Numbered from the stretch's first letter, positions 8,947-18,960 are shown. The stretch is 32,000 bases of DNA from Bellilinea caldifistulae (GCF_001306055.1 NZ_LGHJ01000012.1:270001-302000); one strand, 5' to 3'. The notes: generated from the letters alone by a model not told the origin. A program made the numbers and translations.

Positions 8947-9038
8947 GGACAAAAATTTTTTCTTCTCTGCCGCCGTCCTGCGCCAATCGTAGTAAAATCA
9001 ATCCGGCTTTTACCTGCACCCTGTCTTCTCTCTACCCT

Positions 9039-10268
9039 ATGCGACGATTGTTTGAAACCCGCTTTCCGGCTCAATTCTGGCTGATGTTTGCCGGAATGCT
9101 GATCAGCACCATCGGCGCCAGCATGATCTGGCCTTTTTTGATGATTTACGTCAGCGAGAGGCTGAACATGCCGCTGACCGTCAGCGCCGGCTTGTTGACC
9201 ATCAATTCCGTCTGCGGACTGATCAGTTCCTTCATCGCCGGGCCGGTGATTGACCGTCTCGGGCGCAAGTGGGTCATGGCTATCAGTCTGCTGCTCAACG
9301 GCCTGGGGTACTTACTGATGAGCCGCGCTGAAACTTACCCGGCCTTCGTCCTGTTAATGATTCTGCAGGGCTCGGCCAACCCGCTCTACCGCGTCGGCGC
9401 CGATGCAATGATGGCCGATTTGATTCCGCCCGAAAAACGGGTGGACGGCTATTCGCTGATGCGCCTGAGCAACAACGTCGGTGTGGCCATCGGGCCGGCC
9501 GTGGGCGGTTTGATCGCCTCGGTTTCGTATCAATTTGCATTTTATGGCGCAGCCGCCGGCTTAGCCATATACGGCTTGCTGATTGCCTTTCTGGCGCGCG
9601 AAACCCTCCCCCAGACCGGCAATGAAGCAGCCGATCTGCCCCAAAAGTCCGAAAGGTTTGGCGGTTACGGGCGTGTGCTGCGCGACCAACCCTATATGAC
9701 CTTTCTGTTGGCGTTCATCTTCACCCAATTGAGCGCCTCGATTATGTGGGTGCTGCTTTCGGTGTATGCCAAAACCCATTATGGCGTTACCGAGCGATTA
9801 TATGGCCTGATTCCGATGACCAATGCCCTCATGGTGGTCTTTTTCCAGATCCCGGTTACCATGCTCACCCGCCGGTTCAGTCCTCTGCCGGTTCTGGCGT
9901 TAGGCGGCTTGCTGTACGGGCTGGGCGTGGGCAGCGTGGCGTTCGGGGCGGGGTTCTGGGGCTTCTGGCTCAGCATGGTGGTCATGACCCTTGGTGAGCT
10001 GGTGCTGGTGCCGACTTCCTCCACCTACGCCGCCAATTTAGCCCCTGCCGACATGCGCGGGCGATACATGAGCCTTTACGGCCTGACCTGGAACGTAGCC
10101 GCCGGAATTGGCCCGGTGGCCGGCGGCTTTTTGAACGACTGGTTCAGCCCGCAGGCAATCTGGTACGGTGGCGGGTTGTGCGGCATTTTCAGCGCGCTGT
10201 TGTTCATCTTCTTCTGGCTGCGCCGCCCGGCGGCAAAAATAGCAGAAGAAAGGTTGACATCACCCTGA
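9039..10268 (+). CDS. MFS transporter (409 aa, about 12 TM)
   Basis: MFS motif A-like GPVIDRLGRKW between TM2 and TM3, with 12 hydrophobic segments. I placed the start at ATG 9039 (MRRLFETRFPAQFW). The longer ORF from 8664 runs antisense over the T-box leader. No obvious SD. Confidence 0.8.
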   Translation: MRRLFETRFPAQFWLMFAGMLISTIGASMIWPFLMIYVSERLNMPLTVSAGLLTINSVCGLISSFIAGPVIDRLGRKWVMAISLLLNGLGYLLMSRAETYPAFVLLMILQGSANPLYRVGADAMMADLIPPEKRVDGYSLMRLSNNVGVAIGPAVGGLIASVSYQFAFYGAAAGLAIYGLLIAFLARETLPQTGNEAADLPQKSERFGGYGRVLRDQPYMTFLLAFIFTQLSASIMWVLLSVYAKTHYGVTERLYGLIPMTNALMVVFFQIPVTMLTRRFSPLPVLALGGLLYGLGVGSVAFGAGFWGFWLSMVVMTLGELVLVPTSSTYAANLAPADMRGRYMSLYGLTWNVAAGIGPVAGGFLNDWFSPQAIWYGGGLCGIFSALLFIFFWLRRPAAKIAEERLTSP

Positions 10269-10303
10269 TTGACATCTTTATTAAGTCAATTGGCGTAAAA
10301 GTT

Positions 10304-11227
10304 CTAACCGTTGATAACCCTCAACCATCGCAAGTAGCGGCTATCAGGATAACGCTGTGCTGCTAGATTAAGCCAAACCCATGGCACAAACCCCCATCCC
10401 AACCACCACCCCAACGGCCCAAACCAATTGGATGAAAGAGTCAGGAAAGACAATAGCAAAGCAATAGCCGCTGCACGTGGTCTCAAGCGGGCAATAGCAG
10501 GCGTTATCGGCAACAAATTATAGAAAATAACATGAGGAGAGATGAAAGCCCCGCTCGCCATCAACATGTCCATATCACCTCTCGAAAACCAGATGGTCAG
10601 CAAAAAAAAGGGCAATCCCCACCAGCCCAAACCGATATTTTGTTCATAGCGTCCTTCGGCATAAAAACTTTCCGCTAACAGCATTGTATTCGGCCAATTA
10701 CCCCAGATTACAATAGAAACTATTAACCAGAAAAACAGGCCTACGAGATAAGACCGTCTGGCACCTAAGGCAAATACAGCGATTTGCGGCTTAATCAGAG
10801 ATAGAGGTACCAACCAAGGCAGTCCTAACAAACCCAGAACCACTAAGCCCTCTAATTGACCAAGAAACACCGTCCAAAGCAACGGCAGACAGAAAAAAGC
10901 GGCTATTGCGCTAATTGGATGGACGGAACGCTGAATGGTTGCAAGCGAGAAAGCGGCCAAGGTTATCCCAACCAATAGGGGGTAGGTAAGAAACTGTATA
11001 ATGTAAACAGTCCATGGGGGGTAAAATGGAGGAACTCGTTGAATGCCGAAAAAGTGAACCCAATCAAAAGCGAAGAAGCCATCTGCCGGAATCAAAGTAG
11101 CAGCACAGGAAAATATAAGGGTCAAAATGAAGAAGAGCGGAAGCGTCACCCGAAACGGTAATTTGTTCTTATAAATTTCCTGTTCTGGAAATAAAGGATC
11201 GATCTTTTGCCACCAGCGAACGAACAT
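10304..11227 (-). CDS. Hypothetical polytopic membrane protein (307 aa, about 9 TM) in the low-GC insert
   Basis: Highly hydrophobic ORF with AT-rich codon usage. A GGGAGGG SD lies 3-4 nt upstream of the ATG, inside the 3' end of the upstream gene. It has an Asp-containing first loop (PADGFFAFDW). I do not recognise a family. Confidence 0.6.
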   Translation of the reverse strand: MFVRWWQKIDPLFPEQEIYKNKLPFRVTLPLFFILTLIFSCAATLIPADGFFAFDWVHFFGIQRVPPFYPPWTVYIIQFLTYPLLVGITLAAFSLATIQRSVHPISAIAAFFCLPLLWTVFLGQLEGLVVLGLLGLPWLVPLSLIKPQIAVFALGARRSYLVGLFFWLIVSIVIWGNWPNTMLLAESFYAEGRYEQNIGLGWWGLPFFLLTIWFSRGDMDMLMASGAFISPHVIFYNLLPITPAIARLRPRAAAIALLLSFLTLSSNWFGPLGWWLGWGFVPWVWLNLAAQRYPDSRYLRWLRVING

Positions 11228-13301
11228 AGTCCCTCCCGATATACAGCAATATTAGCCAGCTAAACAAACTGAGCCCCAAACCACTGTAAAATGATAAAGG
11301 TCTGAATCGCATCTCAATTGTGTGCCTGCCGGGTGAAATTTTAATTCCTCTCAATAAACCATCCACAACTTCAACAGACACGGATTGACCATTTACTTTT
11401 GCTCTCCATCCCGGGTAATACACTTCACTAAAAACCACCATCTGATCTGTACGCGAGTCCACTTCTGCAATTATCAGGTCTGGAGACCAGTATCGGACAA
11501 CAACCGAACCCTGCTGACTGAGCCAAACACGTTCTCGGTACAACGGGTTGAGATACACATACACATTTCCAAAATCACCGTCTATTTGCGAAGAGATATT
11601 CATTGGAAAATTTGAGACAATGTATTTGACATTGAGGAGACCCAGTTTTTCAAGATCAGGTGAGGATGCAACTTGAAACAATTCAGGTGGGGATTTTTCG
11701 TCAAGGTATATTGATGGGACACTGACGCTATATCCCTCCGCTGGAATCCTGCTCGCTTCTGCCATAAATTGGCTGTAAGACTTGAGCCTGAGCGGATTTA
11801 CCCCCTCGGCAGTTTGAAGTTGATGTGGTAGTGGAATACTGTACGAAGGAGAATACACTCGAAACAAAGCCGGTTGATTTTCCAGCCATCTCACTACAGG
11901 CGGCGATGGTTCTAGGGGTACACTGCGTAGAAAAGATGTATTGACCCATAGCAGATCTATCACCGCGAGAGAAACAATAGCCATAACGCAGGATATTCGC
12001 GGCTTATGAATTAAGAGATTAATCAAAATTAGGGCAATTGGTAGAATTACTGCGAAAACCAGCAGCCCACCGGGCAGAGGTGGATACAAAACCGCCACAC
12101 CACCTGCCAGAATGACAGAGAATAATGAAAAAAATATTGACAAACGAAGAGTGATTTTTGAAATAGACTGAGGAATCGCGACTGTCAAAAGATGATTCAG
12201 ACCGTATCCTGCCAAGACAACCACTGCAAAAACAACAAAGAACCACATGCGTGAGGGGACACGCAGCCAGCCAAGACCAGGCAAAAGTTCACTAATAAAG
12301 GGAAAAAGAAAACTATGATTGCCTAAAGAGAAAAGAACGCCAAATAATATCAGGCTTAGCCAGAACCAATTTTGTTTTTTTACTCCAAAAAAGGCTAATA
12401 CAACAGCAACTAGTCCTATGTAGGTAATTAATTCATAAATGATCCCTAATTGAGGGGTTATAGCCCCTATCAAGTTATGAACATTCAATGAAAGAATAGC
12501 CCTTTCGGAAGTAGAAAGAACAGCTCTGTCCGATTGCGGCATAAACTCAATCAGTGGGAAGATTAAACTGCTTGTCAACAAAACTGTACCAAAACCCAAA
12601 AGGAATAATCCACGAAAAACTTTTGAGATAGACAATTTGCGGTAAGGCAAGTAACCCAACAAAAATGCCAAACCAATCAGACCACACAAAAATCCCCAGC
12701 GAATATCAATTAACACGATTGTCGAAAGCACCGCTGAAGAAAGCAAAACCCGGCGGTAATCTGAAAAACGTTCAGCAGCAAATCTGAGCGAGCATAGCAA
12801 CCATGGCAACCAGCAAATTGCATACACTGATGAAACCTGACCACCGCCAACATAGCCAATCAACTTCGATGTACCCATCCACACCGCAGATGAAAAAATT
12901 GCCGCTGCAGGAGCAATTCCCAATCTTCTAAGAAACAAATAAAGCCCCCATCCGCTCCAGGTTAAGTGCAAAACGAAAAGTAATGTAAAAGTCACTGGCT
13001 CAGGAAATATAAAGGTCAACCAGTTTGGAAGATAGCTATAGCCGGCAAGAGGGTCGGCAACCAGTGGTGTTCCTGAGAGCATACTACTGTTCCATAATGG
13101 CGGGTGCCCATCCATCAACCAACGCTGGTGAATAAACCGGGAGTATGCCAGATGAGACAGGACAAAATCTGTAGTAACCTGTGGAAACTTCGTAGTGGGG
13201 ATGTAATTCGGGTGAATAACCAATGGCCACAGGTAGACCAGTGATAGAAAAAAGGATAATCCAAGCGGGGTAGTCAGTGGGAAAGGTTTACGAGTGTTCA
13301 T
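11169..13301 (-). CDS. YfhO-family (GT-C fold) membrane glycosyltransferase-like protein (710 aa)
   Basis: Multi-TM N-terminal region with LWNSSMLSGTPLVADPLAGYSYLP. The C-terminus EVYYPGWRAKVNGQSVSVEVVDGLLRGIKISPGRHTIEMRFRP plus a final TM matches my memory of the YfhO C-terminal signature. GC is low. Confidence 0.7.
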   Translation of the reverse strand: MNTRKPFPLTTPLGLSFFLSLVYLWPLVIHPNYIPTTKFPQVTTDFVLSHLAYSRFIHQRWLMDGHPPLWNSSMLSGTPLVADPLAGYSYLPNWLTFIFPEPVTFTLLFVLHLTWSGWGLYLFLRRLGIAPAAAIFSSAVWMGTSKLIGYVGGGQVSSVYAICWLPWLLCSLRFAAERFSDYRRVLLSSAVLSTIVLIDIRWGFLCGLIGLAFLLGYLPYRKLSISKVFRGLFLLGFGTVLLTSSLIFPLIEFMPQSDRAVLSTSERAILSLNVHNLIGAITPQLGIIYELITYIGLVAVVLAFFGVKKQNWFWLSLILFGVLFSLGNHSFLFPFISELLPGLGWLRVPSRMWFFVVFAVVVLAGYGLNHLLTVAIPQSISKITLRLSIFFSLFSVILAGGVAVLYPPLPGGLLVFAVILPIALILINLLIHKPRISCVMAIVSLAVIDLLWVNTSFLRSVPLEPSPPVVRWLENQPALFRVYSPSYSIPLPHQLQTAEGVNPLRLKSYSQFMAEASRIPAEGYSVSVPSIYLDEKSPPELFQVASSPDLEKLGLLNVKYIVSNFPMNISSQIDGDFGNVYVYLNPLYRERVWLSQQGSVVVRYWSPDLIIAEVDSRTDQMVVFSEVYYPGWRAKVNGQSVSVEVVDGLLRGIKISPGRHTIEMRFRPLSFYSGLGLSLFSWLILLYIGRDYVRSLVAKDRSFISRTGNL

Positions 13302-13458
13302 TTTGAAATATACTAATCAAGGATTATTTTACTTAAAATCAGATTTATCGGCTGTATTTTTTCTGGATTACCTTGCTCGGTTCGTACGCGCACAAATTGA
13401 TATCAGCAGCGAATGCAGTCCGCATCTTTGGGTTCCGATCAAGCCTTACGCGTTCAAC

Positions 13459-13488
13459 TTGACAACCTGTACCTTTATTCAGTATATT
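13459..13488 (+). promoter_or_regulatory. Candidate promoter of the mrp operon
   Basis: TTGACA (13459-13464), an 18-nt spacer, then TATATT (13483-13488), about 108 nt upstream of the mrpA ATG. Confidence 0.4.
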
Positions 13489-13596
13489 TGGTACGGATTT
13501 TAACCGGGGGAACCGTAACTTCGCGGGGAGAAGTCTGGTTTACCCTGTAACATTGCTGCGCTTTTTATCATCCATATCAAGAAGAAAGCAAGGACG

Positions 13597-15936
13597 ATGG
13601 ACATTGTTCTGCCCACCGCTATTCTGCTCCTGTTGATCCTTTCGGGATTTGCGCCTTTCATCCAGCAGGCGCAGCCTCACCGCGCCGGTCTGCTGATGGC
13701 TGTTTTGCCGGCCGGTCTGTTTTTGACCCTGCTCGGCCGCTTGTCTGCTGTTCTGGCCGGGCAGGTTTTCACCTATCAACTGGCCTGGGCTGAGGCTTTG
13801 GGGGTGAGATTCTCTCTCTACCTCGATGGACTCGGCTTGCTTTTCAGCCTGCTGATTCTGGGCATCGGTGCGTTGGTTCTGATCTACGGCGGCAGTTACC
13901 TGCACGGTCATCATCAACTGGGACGTTTTTACGCCTTCATTTTGCTGTTCATGGCCGCAATGCTCGGCGTCGTCGTCAGCAATAATGCCCTGACGCTGTT
14001 TGTGTTCTGGGAATTGACCAGCATCAGTTCCTTTCTGCTGATTGGTTTTGACCATGAAAAAGAAGGCTCGCGGTTTGCTGCCCTGCAGGCCTTGCTGGTC
14101 ACCGGTGGGGGCGGACTGGCGATGCTGGCCGGGTTGGTTCTGCTCGGCCAGATTGGCGGCACTTACGAAATCAGCCAGCTCAATCAGATGGCAGATATCT
14201 TGCGGGCTTCTCCGCTGTTCTTGCCTGCCTTCCTGCTCATTCTGGCCGGTGCGCTGACCAAATCGGCTCAGTACCCGTTTCATTTCTGGCTGCCGGGCGC
14301 CATGGCTGCCCCAACCCCGGTCAGCGCTTATCTGCACTCGGCCACCATGGTCAAAGCCGGGGTGTACCTGCTCGCCCGGCTCAGCCCGATATTCAGCGCC
14401 ACCCCTGAATGGCAAACTCTGGTGACCGGTTTTGGGCTGGCTACATTTTTAGCCGGAGCGTTGCTGGCCATCGGTCAGGTAGATTTGAAAAAATTGCTGG
14501 CTTACACCACCGTCGCTTCGCTGGGAACGATGGTGATGCTGCTCGGTTGGGGCAGCGATCTGGCGATCAAAGCGGCAATGCTCTATCTTTTTTCGCACGC
14601 CCTCTACAAAGGCGCTCTGTTTCTGGTTGCCGGTGCGGTGGATCACGAAACCGGCACGCGGGATGTCAGCAAGTTAAGCGGTCTGCGCCGCGCCATGCCG
14701 CGTACTGCGCTTGCCGCCGGGTTGGCAGCTCTTTCGATGGCCGGTTTGCCACCCGCCCTGGGTTTCATTGCCAAAGAAGTGATGTATGAAACCACCCTCG
14801 CCGCTCAGCCGGTATCCGGTTGGTTAACTGCCGGAGCGCTGATCGGCAATGCGCTGCTGGTGGCGGTTTCCGGTCTGGTCGGGTTAAAGCCGTTCTTCGG
14901 CGCAGCGGGCCAAACACCCCGCCATCCCCACCCCGCTCCGCTCTCGCTGGATTTGCCGCCCCTGCTGCTGGCAGGGCTGGGCTTGCTGGGCGGTCTGTTG
15001 CCGATGACCCTGGCTGCGCCGCTGGTGCAGGCATCGGCGCAGGCGGTCTTGATCCAGCCGCTCAAAGTCAAGTTAGCCCTCTGGCACGGTCTAAATCCGA
15101 TGCTCGCCCTCAGTACGCTGACGCTGGCATTGGGGATAGGGCTGTACGTTGGCTGGCAACCGGTTTGGGGCTTTACGGCTCGCCTGCGCTGGCTCGGTCG
15201 CTTTGGCCCGGCCCACGCCTATCAGGTGGGGCTGGAAAACCTGCGCCGCTTTGCGGCCTGGCTGACTTACCGCCTGCAAAACGGCTACCTGCGGTTCTAT
15301 CTGATGACCATCATCCTGACCACAGTCGCTCTGGCAGGGCTGGCTTACTTGAGAAGCACCAATGGGCTGATCCTGCGCAACGATTGGGGAGCCATCAATT
15401 TCTACGAAGTTGTGCTGGGCGTATTGATCATCCTCGCCGCGCTTACGATTACCCGCACCCGTTCCCGTCTGGCAACCATCGCCATCATGGGCATTGTCGG
15501 CTACGGTCTGGCGCTGATTTATCTGCTGTACGGCGCGCCGGACCTCGCCATGATTCAATTTGCCATCGAAACCCTGACGGTGATTCTGTTTGTGCTGGTG
15601 GTCTACCGCCTGCCCAAATTCACCCGTCTGACCAGTCCGCCAGCCCGGCTGGCCGATTTTCTGGTAGCGATGACCGGCGGCCTGTTGATGACCCTCCTCA
15701 CCCTGATCGTAACCGCCCGCCCGGTTGTTCCGCATATCTCCGAGTATTTCCTGCAAAATGCGCTGCCCCTGGCGAACGGGCGCAATGTGGTCAATGTCAT
15801 TCTGGTAGATTTCCGCGGTTTTGACACGCTCGGTGAAATTACCGTGCTGGCATTGGCCGGCATCGGCGTCTATGCTCTCATCCGCCTGACAATCGGGCGG
15901 CGCCAGGTGATTATCCCACCGGCGGAGGAGGAATAA
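13597..15936 (+). CDS. mrpA: Na+/H+ (monovalent cation/proton) antiporter subunit A
   Basis: 779 aa NuoL-like polytopic protein with a C-terminal MrpB-like extension. It is the first gene of a seven-gene mrp-type cluster. Confidence 0.9.
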   Translation: MDIVLPTAILLLLILSGFAPFIQQAQPHRAGLLMAVLPAGLFLTLLGRLSAVLAGQVFTYQLAWAEALGVRFSLYLDGLGLLFSLLILGIGALVLIYGGSYLHGHHQLGRFYAFILLFMAAMLGVVVSNNALTLFVFWELTSISSFLLIGFDHEKEGSRFAALQALLVTGGGGLAMLAGLVLLGQIGGTYEISQLNQMADILRASPLFLPAFLLILAGALTKSAQYPFHFWLPGAMAAPTPVSAYLHSATMVKAGVYLLARLSPIFSATPEWQTLVTGFGLATFLAGALLAIGQVDLKKLLAYTTVASLGTMVMLLGWGSDLAIKAAMLYLFSHALYKGALFLVAGAVDHETGTRDVSKLSGLRRAMPRTALAAGLAALSMAGLPPALGFIAKEVMYETTLAAQPVSGWLTAGALIGNALLVAVSGLVGLKPFFGAAGQTPRHPHPAPLSLDLPPLLLAGLGLLGGLLPMTLAAPLVQASAQAVLIQPLKVKLALWHGLNPMLALSTLTLALGIGLYVGWQPVWGFTARLRWLGRFGPAHAYQVGLENLRRFAAWLTYRLQNGYLRFYLMTIILTTVALAGLAYLRSTNGLILRNDWGAINFYEVVLGVLIILAALTITRTRSRLATIAIMGIVGYGLALIYLLYGAPDLAMIQFAIETLTVILFVLVVYRLPKFTRLTSPPARLADFLVAMTGGLLMTLLTLIVTARPVVPHISEYFLQNALPLANGRNVVNVILVDFRGFDTLGEITVLALAGIGVYALIRLTIGRRQVIIPPAEEE

Positions 15937-15938
15937 AC

Positions 15939-16346
15939 ATGGGCTCGATCATCCTCCATCTGGCTGCCCGTTACCTGATGCCCTTGCTGCTGGTCTTTTC
16001 GGTGTTCCTGCTGATTCGTGGTCACAATGAAATTGGCGGCGGCTTCGTGGGCGGGCTGGTAGCCGCAGCGGCCTTCATCCTCTACGCCATCGCCAACAAT
16101 GTTCAGGAAGCCCGGCGGATCTTGCGTGTCCATCCCCGTGCGCTGATCGCCAGCGGCTTGCTGGTTGCCCTGTCCAGCGGGCTGGTTGGCTGGCTGACCG
16201 GTAAACCGTTTATGACCGGCCTCTGGCTGAAAGACCCCCTGCCGGTGATCGGTAAAATTGGCACGCCTTTGATGTTCGATGTCGGCGTGTATCTGGTGGT
16301 GGTCGGCGTAACCCTGCTGATCATCTTTACACTGGCGGAGGAGTGA
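15939..16346 (+). CDS. mrpB: Na+/H+ antiporter subunit B
   Basis: 135 aa, 4 TM, with a GGAGGAGG SD. Its position and size fit MrpB/MnhB. Confidence 0.85.
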   Translation: MGSIILHLAARYLMPLLLVFSVFLLIRGHNEIGGGFVGGLVAAAAFILYAIANNVQEARRILRVHPRALIASGLLVALSSGLVGWLTGKPFMTGLWLKDPLPVIGKIGTPLMFDVGVYLVVVGVTLLIIFTLAEE

Positions 16347-16347
16347 G

Positions 16348-16740
16348 ATGACTTTATTACTTGCAATTGTGATTGGCGTTTTGTTCACGGTGGGTTTGTA
16401 CATGATGATGCGCCGCAGCCTGACTAAGGTGCTGATTGGGCTGATGTTGCTCGGTCAGGCAATCAACCTGCTAATTTTCACCACCGGACGCTTACAGCGT
16501 GCCAAACCGCCCCTGATTCCGCTGGGTGCAGAGCAAATCAGCCAGTCTGCCGACCCCTTGCCCCAGGCGCTGATCCTGACGGCAATCGTGATCAGTTTTG
16601 GGGTAACCGCCTTTGCGCTGGTGCTGGCGCGTCAAACCTACACCGTCCTCGGCACTAATGATATGAACGAATTACGCGATACCGACATCATCCCCAAGTA
16701 TCATCCGGAATCCGTGCCGGAAGAAGAGGAGGGTTTGTAG
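16348..16740 (+). CDS. mrpC: Na+/H+ antiporter subunit C (NuoK-like)
   Basis: 130 aa, 3 TM, with the NuoK-like motif LIGLMLLGQAINLLIF. GGAGG SD. Acidic C-terminal tail. Confidence 0.85.
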   Translation: MTLLLAIVIGVLFTVGLYMMMRRSLTKVLIGLMLLGQAINLLIFTTGRLQRAKPPLIPLGAEQISQSADPLPQALILTAIVISFGVTAFALVLARQTYTVLGTNDMNELRDTDIIPKYHPESVPEEEEGL

Positions 16741-18233
16741 TGCAAACCGTACTCCTCCCATTACTGATTCCTTTGGTATTCATTGTGCTGACCCTGTTTG
16801 CCTGGAACGCTCCGCGCTTGCAGCGGATGCTTTCCCTGTTCGGTAGCAGCGCCTTATTGCTGGCGGCCCTCAGCCTGCTGGCACAGGTGCAAACCGGCGA
16901 GATTGCCGTGACCCAAATCGGCAACTGGCCGGCTCCCTACGGGATTACCCTGGTGGCCGACTTGTTCAGCGCCATCATGCTGACCATCACCGGAGTAGTT
17001 GCCGTTCTGGTGGCAATTTACTCGCTGGAAGGAATTGACGAAAATCGGGTGGCTCACGGCTTCTACCCCTTGTTCTTTGCTCTGCTGATGGGCGTCTGCG
17101 GCGCTTTTCTCACAGGGGATATTTTCAACCTGTATGTGTGGTTCGAAGTGATGCTGATGGCTTCCTTTGTCCTGATGGCGCTGGGTGGTGAACGCGCCCA
17201 ACTGGAAGGCGCCATCAAGTATGTCATCCTCAACCTGACTTCCTCGGCGCTGTTCCTCTCGGCAACCGGTATCCTTTACAGTGTCGCCGGTACGCTCAAC
17301 ATGGCCGATCTTTCAATCCGCTTGCCGGAAGTCAACTCCCCCGGCCTGGTGACCACCATTGCCATGCTCTATCTGGTTGCTTTCGGCATCAAAGCGGCCA
17401 TTTTTCCGCTGTTCTTCTGGCTGCCGGCCTCGTACCACACCCCGCCGGTCGCCGTTACCGCCCTCTTCTCTGGCCTGCTGACCAAAGTGGGCGTGTATTC
17501 TCTGGTGCGGGTATTCACCCTGCTCTTTCTAACCGATGTAGCCTTTACGCACACGGTTTTACTGGTGCTGGGCGGTTTCACGATGGTGGTGGGTGTGTTA
17601 GGGGCAGCGGCTCAGTACGATATGCGCCGGTTGCTTTCTTTCCATATCGTCAGTCAGATTGGCTACCTGCTGATGGGACTGGGGTTGTACAGCCGCGCCG
17701 GCCTGGCCAGCACCATTTTCTTCATGGCGCATGTCATCGCCGCCAAGGCAGCCCTGTTTCTGGTGGCTGGCATCATCCGGCGCGTCAGCGGTTCGTTCGA
17801 CCTGCGGCGGGTCGGAGGATTGTACCGCGATCAACCGTGGCTGGCCATTCTCTTCCTGATCCCGGCCCTTTCCCTGGCCGGTTTACCACCGCTTTCCGGC
17901 TTTTTTGGCAAACTGGCGCTGGTACGGGCCGGTTTGGCACAGGGTCAATACGCCATTGTAGCGGTTTCCCTGGCCGTCAGCCTGTTGACCCTCTTTTCGA
18001 TGACCAAAATCTGGATGGAAGCCTTCTGGAAGCCCATTCCCGAAAAAGCCCCGTCGCAGAACCGTGAGGCTGGTTACAAATTTTCGCTGGTATTTCCGGC
18101 ACTGGCCATGGGACTGATCAGTGTGGTGCTGGGTGTTCTGGCTCAACCGGTTTACGGCCTTGCCGATCAAGCCGCAGGGGTGCTGATGCAGCCGGCTTTG
18201 TATGCGGCGGCTGTTTTAGGAGGGCTGCGATGA
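16740..18233 (+). CDS. mrpD: Na+/H+ antiporter subunit D (NuoM/N-like)
   Basis: 497 aa NuoN/M-like protein. The GTG start overlaps the mrpC stop by 1 nt. GGAGGG SD. Confidence 0.9.
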   Translation: MQTVLLPLLIPLVFIVLTLFAWNAPRLQRMLSLFGSSALLLAALSLLAQVQTGEIAVTQIGNWPAPYGITLVADLFSAIMLTITGVVAVLVAIYSLEGIDENRVAHGFYPLFFALLMGVCGAFLTGDIFNLYVWFEVMLMASFVLMALGGERAQLEGAIKYVILNLTSSALFLSATGILYSVAGTLNMADLSIRLPEVNSPGLVTTIAMLYLVAFGIKAAIFPLFFWLPASYHTPPVAVTALFSGLLTKVGVYSLVRVFTLLFLTDVAFTHTVLLVLGGFTMVVGVLGAAAQYDMRRLLSFHIVSQIGYLLMGLGLYSRAGLASTIFFMAHVIAAKAALFLVAGIIRRVSGSFDLRRVGGLYRDQPWLAILFLIPALSLAGLPPLSGFFGKLALVRAGLAQGQYAIVAVSLAVSLLTLFSMTKIWMEAFWKPIPEKAPSQNREAGYKFSLVFPALAMGLISVVLGVLAQPVYGLADQAAGVLMQPALYAAAVLGGLR

Positions 18234-18700
18234 CCATCTTCCTGCTCAACGTCCTCCTGGCACTGGCGTGGTCAGCGCTTTCGGCGCAGTTTGACCCGCC
18301 CAATCTCATTTTCGGTTTTTTGCTTGGCTATCTGGTCTTGTGGCTGACGGTGCGCGGCGAAAACCGCTCCTACTTTACCCGCGTGCCGCGCGTGCTGTCC
18401 TTCATGGCCTTCTTTCTAAAAGAGCTGGTTAAGGCCAATCTCAACCTGGCCATCACCGTCTTGCGAAGGGACATGAACCTGAAACCGGGCGTGGTGGCCG
18501 TTCCGATTGACTTACCCAACGATGCGGCGATCACCTTGCTGGTCAATCTGGTTACCCTCACCCCCGGCACCCTTGCCTTGGATGTTTCCAGCGACCGCAT
18601 GATGGTTTACATCCACACATTAAATGCCAGCGACCCGCAAGAATTTCGGCGCTACATGCAGGAAGGATTTGTTCGGCGGGTGAAGGAGTTGTTTCAATGA
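18230..18700 (+). CDS. mrpE: Na+/H+ antiporter subunit E
   Basis: 156 aa. ATGA overlap with mrpD. Size and position fit MrpE. Confidence 0.85.
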   Translation: MTIFLLNVLLALAWSALSAQFDPPNLIFGFLLGYLVLWLTVRGENRSYFTRVPRVLSFMAFFLKELVKANLNLAITVLRRDMNLKPGVVAVPIDLPNDAAITLLVNLVTLTPGTLALDVSSDRMMVYIHTLNASDPQEFRRYMQEGFVRRVKELFQ

Positions 18701-18960
18701 ATATCGAAGTGTTGTATTTCCTTGCCCTGGCGATGATCAGTCTTGGACTGGTGCTGGCTTTTATCCGGCTGGTGCGCGGGCCAAGCCTGCCCGACCGGGT
18801 GGTGGCGATTGATCTGGTAGTTGCCCTGGCCATTGGGATTATCGCCAGTTACGCCATCCTGTTCGACCAGCCGGCCTTTCTGGATGTTGCCATCATCATT
18901 GCCCTGATTTCTTTTTTGGGGACAATTGCCTTTGCTTACTACATCGAGCGGAGGGTGTGA
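18697..18960 (+). CDS. mrpF: Na+/H+ antiporter subunit F
   Basis: 87 aa, 3 TM. ATGA overlap with mrpE. Contains the MrpF-like LVRGPSLPDRVVAIDL. Confidence 0.85.
   Translation: MNIEVLYFLALAMISLGLVLAFIRLVRGPSLPDRVVAIDLVVALAIGIIASYAILFDQPAFLDVAIIIALISFLGTIAFAYYIERRV

Noticed and set aside
8664-9038. N-terminal 125-codon extension of the MFS ORF given in the track
   Set aside because: It runs antisense across the T-box leader and its promoter, starts at a non-ATG codon, and encodes non-MFS-like sequence. The MFS fold begins at MRRLFETRF (ATG 9039).
13294-13503. 69-aa plus-strand ORF in the AT-rich region between the YfhO-like gene and mrpA
   Set aside because: It has no SD, its start overlaps the YfhO-like start codon region, and its composition simply reflects AT-rich intergenic DNA. 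I have nothing to support translation.
10269-13540. Possibility that the low-GC insert is a recognisable mobile element (IS, integron cassette or prophage remnant)
   Set aside because: It has no transposase, integrase or recombinase ORF on either strand, no terminal inverted repeats, and no adjacent tRNA. Only a weak direct repeat is present, and that is reported separately as a low-confidence finding.
13540-16403. ORFs antisense to or out of frame within mrpA/mrpB (13540-14415 minus at 291 aa, 14820-15824 plus at 334 aa, 15091-15756 minus at 221 aa, 15870-16403 minus at 177 aa)
   Set aside because: Same reasoning as above. They are low-complexity Gln/Arg/Gly/His-rich translations overlapping well-supported Mrp subunit genes.
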